Below, piece after piece: positions 15,001-26,698 of a stretch of DNA of 64,000 nt. A program made the position numbers and the translations under genes. This stretch comes from Auanema rhodensis (lineage: Eukaryota > Animalia > Nematoda). Position 1 is the first letter of the stretch. Every line of letters starts with the position of its first letter. Below the pieces are notes generated by a model. That model saw only the letters and a program-made list of their open reading frames with translations. It was not told where the DNA came from and searched no databases. The stretch lies in contig OZ059900.1 of NCBI GenBank assembly GCA_964057225.1, positions 26,474,001 through 26,538,000 of the forward strand, written 5' to 3'.

Positions 15001-18000
15001 TTTCATTGTTTTAATTGGCTAATTCTGAGTTGAATGAAATGTAGCACATTATTCTAGGACCAAAAATGAAAATTTTAGAATATTTAATTTTTCATAAAAA
15101 TCGAACAAAATAGCAAGTTGAGCCCGCCGCAAAACATGATAAATGTGTTTCTGTGCTAACGAATTTTGTTTCATTGTTTTAATAGGCTAATTCTGAGTTG
15201 AATGAAATGTAGCACATTATTCTAGGACCAAAAATGAAAATTTTAGAATATTCAATTTTTCATAAAAATCGAACGAAATAGCAAGTTGAGCCCGCCGCAA
15301 AACATGATAAATGTGTTTCTGTGCTAACGAATTTTGTTTCATTGTTTTAATTGGCTAATTCTGAGTTGAATGAAATGTAGCACATTATTCTAGGACCAAA
15401 AATGAAAATTTTAGAATATTTAATTTTTCATAAAAATCGAACGAAATAGCAAGTTGAGCCCGCCGCAAAACATGATAAATGTGTTTCTGTGCTAACGAAT
15501 TTTGTTCCATTGTTTAAATTGGCTAATTCTGAGTTGAATGAAAAGTAGCACATTATTCTAGGACCAAAAATGAAAATTTTAGAATATTTAATTTTTCATA
15601 AAAATCGAACGAAACAGCAAGTTGAGCCCGCCGCAAAACATGATAAATGTGTATCTGTGGTAACGAATTTTGTTTCATTGTTTTAATTGGCTAATTCTGA
15701 GTTGAATGAAAAGTAGCACATTATTCTAGGATCAAAAATGAAAATTTTAGAATATTTAATTTTTCATAAAAATAGAACGAAACAGCAAGTTGAGCCCGCC
15801 GCAAAACATGATAAATGTGTTTCTGTGCTAACGAATTTTGTTTCATTGTTTTAATTGGCTAATTCTGAGTTGAATGAAATGTAGCACATTATTCTAGGAC
15901 CAAAAATGAAAATTTTAGAATATTTAATTTTTCATAAAAATCGAACGAAATAGCAAGTTGAGCCCGCCGCAAAACATGATAAATGTGTTTCTGTGCTAAC
16001 GAATTTTGTTCCATTGTTTTAATAGGCTAACTCTGAGTTGAATGAAATGTAGCACATTATTCTAGGACCAAAAATGAAAATTTTAGAATATTCAATTTTT
16101 CATAAAAATCGAACGAAATAGCAAGTTGAGCCCGCCGCAAAACATGATAAATGTGTTTCTGTGCTAACGAATTTTGTTTCATTGTTTTAATTGGCTAATT
16201 CTGAGTTGAATGAAATGTAGCACATTATTCTAGGACCAAAAATGAAAATTTTAGAATATTTAATTTTTCATAAAAATAGAACGAAACAGCAAGTTGAGCC
16301 CGCCGCAAAACATGATAAATGTGTTTCTGTGGTAACGAATTTTGTTTCATTGTTTCAATTGGCTAATTCTGAGTTGAATGAAAAGTAGCACATTATTCTA
16401 GGACCAAAAATGAAAATTTTAGAATATTTAATTTTTCATAAAAATCGAACGAAACAGCAAGTTGAGCCCGCCGCAAAACATGATAAATGTGTATCTGTGG
16501 TAACGAATTTTGTTTCATTGTTTTAATTGGCTAATTCTGAGTTGAATGAAAAGTAGCACATTATTCTAGGATCAAAAATGAAAATTTTAGAATATTTAAT
16601 TTTTCATAAAAATCGAACAAAATAGCAAGTTGAGCCCGCCGCAAAACATGATAAATGTGTTTCTGTGCTAACGAATTTTGTTTCATTGTTTTAATTGGCT
16701 AATTCTGAGTTGAATGAAATGTAGCACATTATTCTAGGACCAAAAATGAAAATTTTAGAATATTCAATTTTTCATAAAAATCGAACGAAATAGCAAGTTG
16801 AGCCCGCCGCAAAACATGATAAATGTGTTTCTGTGCTAACGAATTTTGTTTCATTGTTTTAATTGGCTAATTCTGAGTCGAATGAAATGTAGCACATTAT
16901 TCTAGGACCAAAAATGAAAATTTTAGAATATTTAATTTTTCATAAAAATAGAACGAAACAGCAAGTTGAGCCCGCCGCAAAACATGATAAATGTGTTTCT
17001 GTGGTAACGAATTTTGTTTCATTGTTTCAATTGGCTAATTCTGAGTTGAATGAAAAGTAGCACATTATTCTAGGACCAAAAATGAAAATTTTAGAATATT
17101 TAATTTTTCATAAAAATCGAACGAAACAGCAAGTTGAGCCCGCCGCAAAACATGATAAATGTGTTTCTGTGCTAACGAATTTTGTTCCATTGTTTAAATT
17201 GGCTAATTCTGAGTTGAATGAAAAGTAGCACATTATTCTAGGACCAAAAATGAAAATTTTAGAATATTTAATTTTTCATAAAAATCGAACGAAACAGCAA
17301 GTTGAGCCCGCCGCAAAACATGATAAATGTGTTTCTGTGGTAACGAATTTGGTTTCATTGTTTTAATTGGCTAATTCTGAGTTGAATGAAATGTAGCACA
17401 TTATTCTAGGACCAAAAATGAAAATTTTAGAATATTTAATTTTTCATAAAAATCGAACGAAACAGCAAGTTGAGCCCGCCGCAAAACATGATAAATGTGT
17501 TTCTGTGGTAACGAATTTTGTTTCATTGTTTTAATTGGCTAATTCTGAGTTGAATGAAATGTAGCACATTATTCTAGGACCAAAAATGAAAATTTTAGAA
17601 TATTTAATTTTTCATAAAAATCGAACGAAACAGCAAGTTGAGCCCGCCGCAAAACATGATAAATGTGTTTCTGTAGTAACGAATTTTGTTTCATTGTTTT
17701 AATTGGCTAATTCTGAGTTGAATGAAATGTAGCACATTATTCTAGGACCAAAAATGAAAATTTTAGAATTTTTAATTTTTCATAAAAATCGAACGAAACA
17801 GCAAGTTGAGCCCGCCGCAAAACATGATAAATGTGTTTCTGTGCTAACGAATTTTGTTCCATTGTTTAAATTGGCTAATTCTGAGTTGAATGAAATGTAG
17901 CACATTATTCTAGGACCAAAAATGAAAATTTTAGAATATTTAATTTTTCATAAAAATCGAACGAAACAGCAAGTTGAGCCCGCCGCAAAACATGATAAAT

Positions 18001-19615
18001 GTGTTTCTGTGCTAACGAATTTTGTTTCATTGTTTTAATTGGCTAATTCTGAGTTGAATGAAATGTAGCACATTATTCTAGGACCAAAAATGAAAATTTT
18101 AGAATATTTAATTTTTCATAAAAATCGAACGAAATAGCAAGTTGAGCCCGCCGCAAAACATGATAAATGTGTATCTGTGGTAACGAATTTTGTTTCATTG
18201 TTTTAATTGGCTAATTCTGAGTTGAATGAAAAGTAGCACATTATTCTAGGATCAAAAATGAAAATTTTAGAATATTTAATTTTTCATAAAAATCGAACGA
18301 AATAGCAAGTTGAGCCCGCCGCAAAACATGATAAATGTGTTTCTGTGCTAACGAATTTTGTTTCATTGTTTTAATTGGTTAATTCTGAGTTGAATGAAAT
18401 GTAGCACATTATTCTAGGACCAAAAATGAAAATTTTAGAATATTTAATTTTTCATAAAAATCGAACGAAACAGCAAGTTGAGCCCGCCGCAAAACATGAT
18501 AAATGTGTTTCTGTGGTAACGAATTTTGTTTCATTGTTTTAATTGGCTAATTCTGAGTTGAATGAAAAGTAGCACATTATTCTAGGATCAAAAATGAAAA
18601 TTTTAGAATATTTAATTTTTCATAAAAATCGAACAAAATAGCAAGTTGAGCCCGCCGCAAAACATGATAAATGTGTTTCTGTGCTAACGAATTTTGTTTC
18701 ATTGTTTTAATTGGCTAATTCTGAGTTGAATGAAATGTAGCACATTATTCTAGGACCAAAAATGAAAATTTTAGAATATTTAATTTTTCATAAAAATCGA
18801 ACAAAATAGCAAGTTGAGCCCGCCGCAAAACATGATAAATGTGTTTCTGTGCTAACGAATTTTGTTTCATTGTTTTAATAGGCTAATTCTGAGTTGAATG
18901 AAATGTAGCACATTATTCTAGGACCAAAAATGAAAATTTTAGAATATTCAATTTTTCATAAAAATCGAACGAAATAGCAAGTTGAGCCCGCCGCAAAACA
19001 TGATAAATGTGTTTCTGTGCTAACGAATTTTGTTTCATTGTTTTAATTGGCTAATTCTGAGTTGAATGAAATGTAGCACATTATTCTAGGACCAAAAATG
19101 AAAATTTTAGAATATTCAATTTTTCATAAAAATCGAACGAAATAGCAAGTTGAGCCCGCCGCAAAACATGATAAATGTGTTTCTGTGCTAACGAATTTTG
19201 TTTCATTGTTTTAATTGGCTAATTCTGAGTTGAATGAAATGTAGCACATTATTCTAGGACCAAAAATGAAAATTTTAGAATATTTAATTTTTCATAAAAA
19301 TAGAACGAAACAGCAAGTTGAGCCCGCCGCAAAACATGATAAATGTGTTTCTGTGGTAACGAATTTTGTTTCATTGTTTCAATTGGCTAATTCTGAGTTG
19401 AATGAAAAGTAGCACATTATTCTAGGACCAAAAATGAAAATTTTAGAATATTTAATTTTTCATAAAAATCGAACGAAACAGCAAGTTGAGCCCGCCGCAA
19501 AACATGATAAATGTGTTTCTGTGCTAACGAATTTTGTTCCATTGTTTAAATTGGCTAATTCTGAGTTGAATGAAAAGTAGCACATTATTCTAGGACCAAA
19601 AATGAAAATTTTAGA
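1..19615. repeat. 168-bp tandem satellite array, block 1 (~117 monomers; continues beyond the window's left edge)
   Basis: GAGCCCGCCGCAAAACATG recurs every 168 bp (1, 169, 337 ... 841). Monomers differ only at a few SNP positions; there is one 1-bp deletion near 15000. Confidence 0.99.
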
Positions 19616-19975
19616 TGTAAGAGAATGAGATATAATAGAAAGGGGAGGGGAGTTGTTTTTAATAAAGCTCATTTAAATGAGAAGCGCGGGAAAAGAAGGT
19701 GTGACACCCGAGGTATGAATACTAATTAGCGGGCGCGGGAATTTTATCGTGTAAGGACCACAGCTGGGATTTTAGGCCAGAGGGTTTTTAGTTTAAGCTG
19801 ATTTTGTGGCGGAGTTAGGTAGTTTTGTTCGTTATCGTAATTTTTAGTAGCTATAAATTGTTGTTTTAAAGAAAGTTTTGATAAGTCGGAAATTCATAGT
19901 TTGAAAGTTGTAAAAATCCTTATTTTTGGGAAAATTTCTTGATAAAAGAACTAATTAAAGTAGACATTCGCTACA
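19616..19975 (+). repeat. 5' LTR (360 bp) of element 1
   Basis: Starts TGTAAGAGAATG and ends GACATTCGCTACA. Matches 26222-26698 apart from a 117-bp indel and about 3 substitutions. Confidence 0.96.
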
Positions 19976-19987
19976 TGGGGGCCGACC
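19976..19987 (+). promoter_or_regulatory. Primer-binding site, probably tRNA-Pro
   Basis: TGGGGGCCGA directly after the 5' LTR, complementary to the 3' end (...UCGGCCCCCA) of nematode-type tRNA-Pro as I recall it. Confidence 0.8.
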
Positions 19988-20132
19988 TTGTCAAGTAATT
20001 CAACTGTTAAACTAATAATTTTTGACTTGATTTTCTTTATTGTTTTGTTTTTCTTCGTTTTGTTTCTCGTTAATATCGTGTCGTGTGGATTAATTGGTAC
20101 ATAGATTATAAGCAGGAAAAGATCTCCGGACC

Positions 20133-22787
20133 ATGGATACAGTGGAGGCTGTTCAGAATGAACAGGTACGAAATCTTTTTGCTGATTTGATCGGTAGATG
20201 TAAGGCGCGCATTTTGGAAAGCTCGCAAAAGTTAATCGCACGCGTGCAACAGCCTAGCCTTATGTCAGTTACAAAGGTCAGGACAGGTGCTCCTTTCCAG
20301 GAAATGTATGACATCATGGCTGATGAGCTGGCACACGTAGAGAGAGAAATATCCGTGAGACTGTCAAGTGGTGAGGAAATCACTTTGGCAGACGGAGAGT
20401 TAGCTAGGAGGTCGGAAGTGGACCTTATCTTAGAAACTCGAGGATTAACAGATCCGACAGCACTAGAAACGTATCTAACGCAGTCGAAGAGAGAACTCCA
20501 GAAATCTCTAAGGGAAATCCAGGAGTTACAGGAACTCTTAAAGGAATCCCGAACAGACTCATTCTCAGTCCAGGTGGACCGAGGAGAAAATGAGCTGTTG
20601 AAAGAAGCCCACACTCAGTTACACCAACTGAAAGTTCAAAATGAACAAGTGAGGGAAAAATTGCTGAAGGCGCAAGACGAATTGAAGGTTCAATTTGAGC
20701 GCAGCATTACTCTAGAAAACGAGGTGCGGATGGCACGCTCCGAAATAGAGGTGTGGAAGGCTCGCGCGGAGAAAGAGAATGTAGCAGATATTCTACTTAT
20801 GCCGACTTCTTCCAGATCCCAAACAGGGACCACATCACAACAGATTGTGATGGAACCAGAGCGCTGCAGGCGGGACTCGGAACAAAAAATCGAGCTGCGA
20901 CAACTACTACGGGAAATCAAGGAAAGTACTCAAGGTACGCCCATTGATGATTACTGGACTAGAGTGAGAATGTTACCTAGCCTTGAGAAGTTCCCGGGGG
21001 AATCCAATACCTCCTTAGATAAACACATAGATGCTTTTAATGAACAGTACCCCAAAGAACGGTGGAACGAAAGACACCGATGCCGATTCCTACGGGACTC
21101 GTTGAGGGGAATAGCCCTGCAGACTTTTGATGCGGCAATAGCAGAAAGTCTGGATGCTCGCATTGCAATTTTTAAAACAGCGATGCTGGAGCGCAAAGGA
21201 ATAGAGCGATACCAGGCGGCTAAAGACTTGGATAAGCTCACTATGTATAATTATGATGTGCAAGGATATTGCACAAGACTGGAGGAGCTTTATACGAAAG
21301 CATACCCAGAGGTAGTGGACGTTAGTTCGTCCCATGACCTAGCAATGCGGTTATTTCGCCAGATCGAAAACTGGCCACACGCTGCAGCAATCCAAAGTTG
21401 GATTGCAAGATCAGATCCTACGGGCTTATATACTGAAATTAAGGTATGGGCTACGTTGAGAGCGGAACTTAGTCGCTCCCAACACAGAGAACCTTTTCGA
21501 CCAATTCAGAGAGATAAGACCAGAGAGCGAAATTTTGTGGGTGGGGTATCAAAACCGATTCGCCTGGACAGACCCATGCAACCTAGAGCTGATAAACCAG
21601 CACCACCTAGGCTTATGAAGTGTTTTATTTGTCAAGAGACCACACACTTGAAACGAGATTGCCCGAGAAAGACAGCAGGAATACACCAACTCTGTACAAA
21701 TGGTAGTACAGGATATACGCCTAAAGAAAAGGTAGAACACATTTTGAAAACTCTACAGTTAGGTTGTATGGAACCGACAGCTCCGGTTATGAAAGACTTG
21801 CCGATCGAACAGATAGAATTATGCGGCTGCAAAATGCCCGCACTAATCGATAGTGGAGCCCAAGTCTCGGTACTCTCCACAGCAATGTTGGAAGAACTGG
21901 TGAACAACGGCATAGATATACAACAACATATACTAAAAGCCGAGCCAGTGGATTACTTAAATATTAGGGCTGTTGGTCAGCATAAAGTGGATGCAATTAC
22001 ATGCATCACGTTTTGGGTAAAATTACCGAAAAATGAAAGGCAGACGACCATACCGTTTACCATAATAAGATCCCCAAAACCAGAAATAATTTTAGGCATA
22101 AATGCCTTTGAATTGCTAGGCATACGAATGGCATATACCAGTGAAGAAGAACCGGCATTTGTACAGCGCCGCTATCTTTTGCAGCCTGGAGAAACTAGGC
22201 AGGTGAAAATAAAGGTACCAGCTGATAAGTCAATTTTGTGGAGCTCACATACTAGTATACCAGATGTGGTAACACATCCGGACGGGGAGGTCACAATACC
22301 AGTGACTAATCATGGTAAAACCGTGATCATTTTTGATCAGAAGAACGCAGTAGGCACTTGGTTATCGGAAACAGAGAAACCAACTACAGCTGATATAGCG
22401 CTGATCAGGGATGAGCAACTTGCTGCCTTAAAGGAAATAAAACAGCTGGATTTCACCCCGATACTTGACCAAGCTGATGCAGCGTACATACAAAAACAGG
22501 AATTACGACAATTACTGGAGCGATATACAGATATCTTTGCGCAACCAGACAAGATCTTGCCTCAGATCAGAGCACCGCTGGTGGAAATAGACACAGGCGA
22601 CGCAAATCCGATAGCTCAACGGGCTCGGCCCGTACCATTAGCAGTACAGGCGGAACTAACCGACGCACTGATTGAGATGGAGAAATCGGGGATCACGGAA
22701 AGATCCAAATCTCCATGGGCATCACCGATAGTACTAGTACGAAAACAGGACAGTAGCTTAAGAGTATGTGTTGACTATGGCAAGTAG
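20133..22787 (+). CDS. gag-pol: Gag-protease-RT N-terminus (884 aa; ends prematurely at a deletion/frameshift in RT)
   Basis: N-terminal coiled-coil-like region, capsid-like region, CCHC knuckle CFICQETTHLKRDC, aspartic protease LIDSGAQVS, RT start SPWASPIVLVRKQDSSLRVCVDY. Confidence 0.93.
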   Translation: MDTVEAVQNEQVRNLFADLIGRCKARILESSQKLIARVQQPSLMSVTKVRTGAPFQEMYDIMADELAHVEREISVRLSSGEEITLADGELARRSEVDLILETRGLTDPTALETYLTQSKRELQKSLREIQELQELLKESRTDSFSVQVDRGENELLKEAHTQLHQLKVQNEQVREKLLKAQDELKVQFERSITLENEVRMARSEIEVWKARAEKENVADILLMPTSSRSQTGTTSQQIVMEPERCRRDSEQKIELRQLLREIKESTQGTPIDDYWTRVRMLPSLEKFPGESNTSLDKHIDAFNEQYPKERWNERHRCRFLRDSLRGIALQTFDAAIAESLDARIAIFKTAMLERKGIERYQAAKDLDKLTMYNYDVQGYCTRLEELYTKAYPEVVDVSSSHDLAMRLFRQIENWPHAAAIQSWIARSDPTGLYTEIKVWATLRAELSRSQHREPFRPIQRDKTRERNFVGGVSKPIRLDRPMQPRADKPAPPRLMKCFICQETTHLKRDCPRKTAGIHQLCTNGSTGYTPKEKVEHILKTLQLGCMEPTAPVMKDLPIEQIELCGCKMPALIDSGAQVSVLSTAMLEELVNNGIDIQQHILKAEPVDYLNIRAVGQHKVDAITCITFWVKLPKNERQTTIPFTIIRSPKPEIILGINAFELLGIRMAYTSEEEPAFVQRRYLLQPGETRQVKIKVPADKSILWSSHTSIPDVVTHPDGEVTIPVTNHGKTVIIFDQKNAVGTWLSETEKPTTADIALIRDEQLAALKEIKQLDFTPILDQADAAYIQKQELRQLLERYTDIFAQPDKILPQIRAPLVEIDTGDANPIAQRARPVPLAVQAELTDALIEMEKSGITERSKSPWASPIVLVRKQDSSLRVCVDYGK

Positions 22788-22789
22788 GG

Positions 22790-25700
22790 TTGTCGTCTAA
22801 TGCAAAAGAAAAAACGGCATTTGCAACACATAGAGGATTATTCCAGTTTAAACGACTACCTTTTGGGTTAGCAAATAGCCCGTCCATTTTTCAACGATGC
22901 ATAGACAGTGTTATAATTCAAACAGGATTATGGAACACGGAAATTTTTGCATATTTAGATGATATCATCGTAGGTACCAGCACTAGGGAAAGACACCTGG
23001 AGGTTCTAGAGATATTGTTCAAAGTTCTTAGAGACTGTTGTGTCTCTTTAAAAATTGAGAAATGCAAGTTGTTGCGTGAAAACATAAAATTCTTAGGTCA
23101 TGTAATCACAACAGCTGGCCTGAGAACTGACGAAAGTAAAGTGACTGCTGTCACACAGTTTCCAATACCGACATCGGTTACGGAGTTACGTTCCTTCGTA
23201 GGAATGTTGACGTATTATAGAAAGTTTATTAAGGGTTTTGCTCAAATTGCGAGTCCACTTTACAAATTAATGAGCCCTAAGGTGAAATGGGAATGGACCC
23301 CCGCTGCACAGGAAGCAGTAAACCAGCTCAAGCGCAACATCACGTCTGCACCAGTGTTAGTTCAACCCGATATAGAGGCAGCGCGAGCAGGCTCAAGACC
23401 ATTTATTATTTATTCGGATGCGAGTATAATCGGTACCGGCGCAGTACTAAGTCAGGAAGGACAGGATGGTTTTCTACACCCTATCTCGTTCTGTTCAAAA
23501 ACGTTGAATAAACACGAAAAGAATTACACTATTACAGACTTGGAAGCATTGGCCATTGTACATGCAGTACACAGGTTTCATCCGTTAATATATGGGGTAC
23601 GAGTGATCGTACGTACGGATCACCAACCGTTACTGGCTCTTTTCAAAAGCGTAGCATCTTCTAATAGGTTAACACGCTGGGCACTCCAACTTCGTAGATA
23701 CAATATGGAAATCGAATATGTAAAAGGGAAGATCAACATCGTGGCTGATGCTCTCAGCCGAGGTCCTATAACAGACCCTGAACATACACAGGAAGAGTCG
23801 CTTAAAGTAGCGGAGGAGATAATCATTGCAACAATTACAACAGCAGATGATCCGGATAATTGGCTGGATTTACTACGAAATGAGCAGCCATGGGATCAGG
23901 TGATACACATAGTAGAGAGCGGAATTTCTAAAGAATGGAAACTGGGGAAGCTCAAAATCAACAGCGAAATGTTCTTCATACACGGTGATAATTTAATTCT
24001 CACAGAAGAAACAGGGCGGACAAGAATGGTAGTCCCGGAAAAAAAGCGTTTCGAATTAATCGAACTACTACACGCAGGTGATTGGTCAGGCCACTTTGGA
24101 CCTAAAAAGCTGATTCAACAGCTTACAGAGAAGTACTTTTGGACGTCAATAACAAAAGATGTATATTCATGGCATATACGATGCATGCGTTGCTATCTAG
24201 AAAATTATCAGAATACAAACAGACCACCGTTGAAACCAATACTCACGTCAAAACCGTACGAAATTATAGGTATGGATGTTGTTGAGTTGGGTAAGACAAC
24301 AAGAGGGGCTCGATACGCACTCACAGTGGTAGATTACTTTTCGAAATGGGCAGCTCTTTACCCCATAACAGATAAATCGTCTAATACGATTCTACAAACG
24401 TTCATGGAACGATGGGTAGGATACGGAGGCAGATTGCCTAAAAAGATCATCAGTGATAATGGACTAGAATTCGACAATAAGGAATTCAAAGCAATGTTAC
24501 ACGGTTTAAGGATAACATGGGCTCCTAGCAAGGCATATAACCCCAGGGAAAACGGGTTAGCTGAGAGGGTACAACGGACGGTTGTCACCATGCTAAGGAA
24601 GAGTGATTGTTTTCGAGCAGAATGGGACCGCAGAATTCCATTTACTTTGCTAGCATACAACTGTACACCACATGAAACCACGGGAAAATCTCCATACGAG
24701 ATTTTACATGGATACACACCAGACATATTAGAGTTCCAAGTTACGGAGCAAGTCACGGGACAATTAATATCGTATAACTCGTATACAGAAACTCTGCGAC
24801 AAGTTTTGGGAAAGACGCATTTAGCGGCACGACAACAGTTAGAGAAGGCTGCACAAAGACAGAAACAGCAATATGACAAACACCATAACACTGAGAAGTC
24901 ACATCAGTTCGAGGACGGTGAAAAAGTTATGTTACGCATCCTAACTGAATCAGGTCCACAGAAAAAGCTAGGATTCCCATATCAGGGACCATTCGAAATA
25001 AAGGAACAGACTGACAATTCTGCTAAGATAGCAGCACATGGCAAAAATAACACAAAAGTCTTACAAGTTCAGAAGGACTTGTTAGTTCCTTTGCCACATA
25101 ACAGTAATATCATTAAGTTAGCAAAAGGGAGAGGGAAACGAGGACGTCCAAAGAAAAATGTTCAGATGAACTTAATAAGATGTAGCCACTTTAGGGCTAC
25201 GGATCCGCGATCCGAGGATACTTGCAAATCACAGATCACGTTCAAAGATGCATGTTCAGATATTCTCACAGTTCCAGTTTTTTTACATCATGTAAAAATA
25301 CCAGCTCCACTTCAGCTTGCAAAAGTATTAGAACTGATAATACAGGAGGAATCAGAACTGAGCATACTGGCGGCGTTACGTACACAACCAGAAGAGGTTG
25401 CTTTAACAGCGGTAGCTGTGGCGATGGGAATTCATCGCGAATTATGTCTTCACGTCATCCGAGATGCAACTATCTCTATGACTGATCACGAAGCTGTATC
25501 TCCACTATCGGCGGCTGAAGTAGATTGGGCAGTTGGCAATGCTTTATACGAATTGAAGAAGGCAAGACATGCATTCGAGAGGAAGGATTTGCCGCGAACG
25601 GATATTGCGAAAGATCTATGGATCTTCCCAGAAGAATTCAAGACGTTGTTCCAGGACAGAGGATATCATAAAGAGATGATCCTCCTACAAGATCGAGACT

Positions 25701-26335
25701 CAATGTTCAGAGTCAACGCGTATGCGAGAAAAATCGATGAGATAAACAGGCTGTTCGTGATCGTGCCGGCAAAGAAGAATGAAAGGCAACTTCATCAATG
25801 GTGGGAGAGAGGCCAGTTGGCGGATACGGTCAACAACAAAAATGTGACAGCGATATATTTCTTGTTACCAACGATCCAGCATGACTACTACGATGAAATC
25901 ATCACCTTTATGGAAAAAGAAGTGTTACAGTTAAAGGGTACGCTGCTTGGAATGGGAAAGGCTGCTACAGTCCACATGATTGGAGAGAAGGAGAAGTCTC
26001 AAGTCAAGGTGATAAGGGCACAAGGATGTGTAGGGATCGACAGCTTGAAAACAGAAAAATACTTTACGACGGAACAATCTATTAAGATCTTGACAGCTTG
26101 GGAAGAAGATTTGAAGAAAGAAAATGTTGATTTCAATTGGAAGATGAAAGAGGAGGAAATGAACAAGAAGAGAAAAGAAGTACCGGAAAATCGTCGGGAC
26201 GTCTCAGCTGGACCCCCGGAGTGTAAGAGAATGAGATATAATAGAAAGGGGAGGGGAGTTGTTTTTAATAAAGCTCATTTAAATGAGAAGCGCGGCAAAA
26301 GAAGGTGTGACACCCGAGGTATGAATACTAATTAG
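22790..26335 (+). pseudogene. pol: Remainder of pol (RT C-part, RNase H, integrase, long C-terminal extension), disconnected from gag by a frameshift
   Basis: KTAFAT, LPFGLANSP, YLDD; RNase H IYSDAS/DLEALA/RTDHQPL/ADALSR; integrase HHCC plus GMD...SDNG...ERVQR; GPF motif. No ATG start (ORF called from TTG). Confidence 0.9.
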
Positions 26336-26698
26336 CGGGCGCGGGAATTTTATCGTGTAAGGACCACAGCTGGGATTTTAGAACAGAGGGTTTTTAGTTT
26401 AAGCTGATTTTGTGGCGGAGTTAGGTAGTTTTTGAGTTCGGTTTATCTTTGTTTTAGTTGTAACAGGTTTTAGTTGTTAGTTTTACGCTTATTTTGTTTT
26501 ATTTGTGTTGTTTTATAGTGATACTGTTTAATTCCGTAATTAACGTCGTGTTCGTTATCGTAATTTTTAGTAGCTATAAATTGTTGTTTTAAAGAAAGTT
26601 TTGATAAGTCGGAAATTCATAGTTTGAAAGTTGTAAAAATCCTTATTTTTGGGAAAATTTCTTGATAAAAGAACTAATTAAAGTAGACATTCGCTACA
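26222..26698 (+). repeat. 3' LTR (477 bp) of element 1
   Basis: TGTAAGAGAATG...CGCTACA, followed by TSD TAGA and in-register resumption of the satellite. Confidence 0.96.

Larger units (their letters stand above)
19616..26698 (+). mobile_element. Ty3/gypsy (Metaviridae, Cer-like) LTR retrotransposon; full length but RT-defective
   Basis: Two TGTA...TACA LTRs; 4-bp TSD TAGA (19612-19615 and 26699-26702); PBS; domain order gag-PR-RT-RH-IN. Confidence 0.97.

Noticed and set aside
19460-19672. 70-aa ORF (and the similar 93-aa ORF at 56046-56327)
   Set aside because: Chance frames across LTR/satellite junctions that translate the satellite antisense.
22785-22790. Programmed stop readthrough or frameshift between gag and pol of element 1
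   Set aside because: The break is inside RT and about 39 conserved codons are missing, so it is a deletion.
25090-26335. env gene in element 1
   Set aside because: No signal peptide, TM helix or glycoprotein-like Cys pattern.
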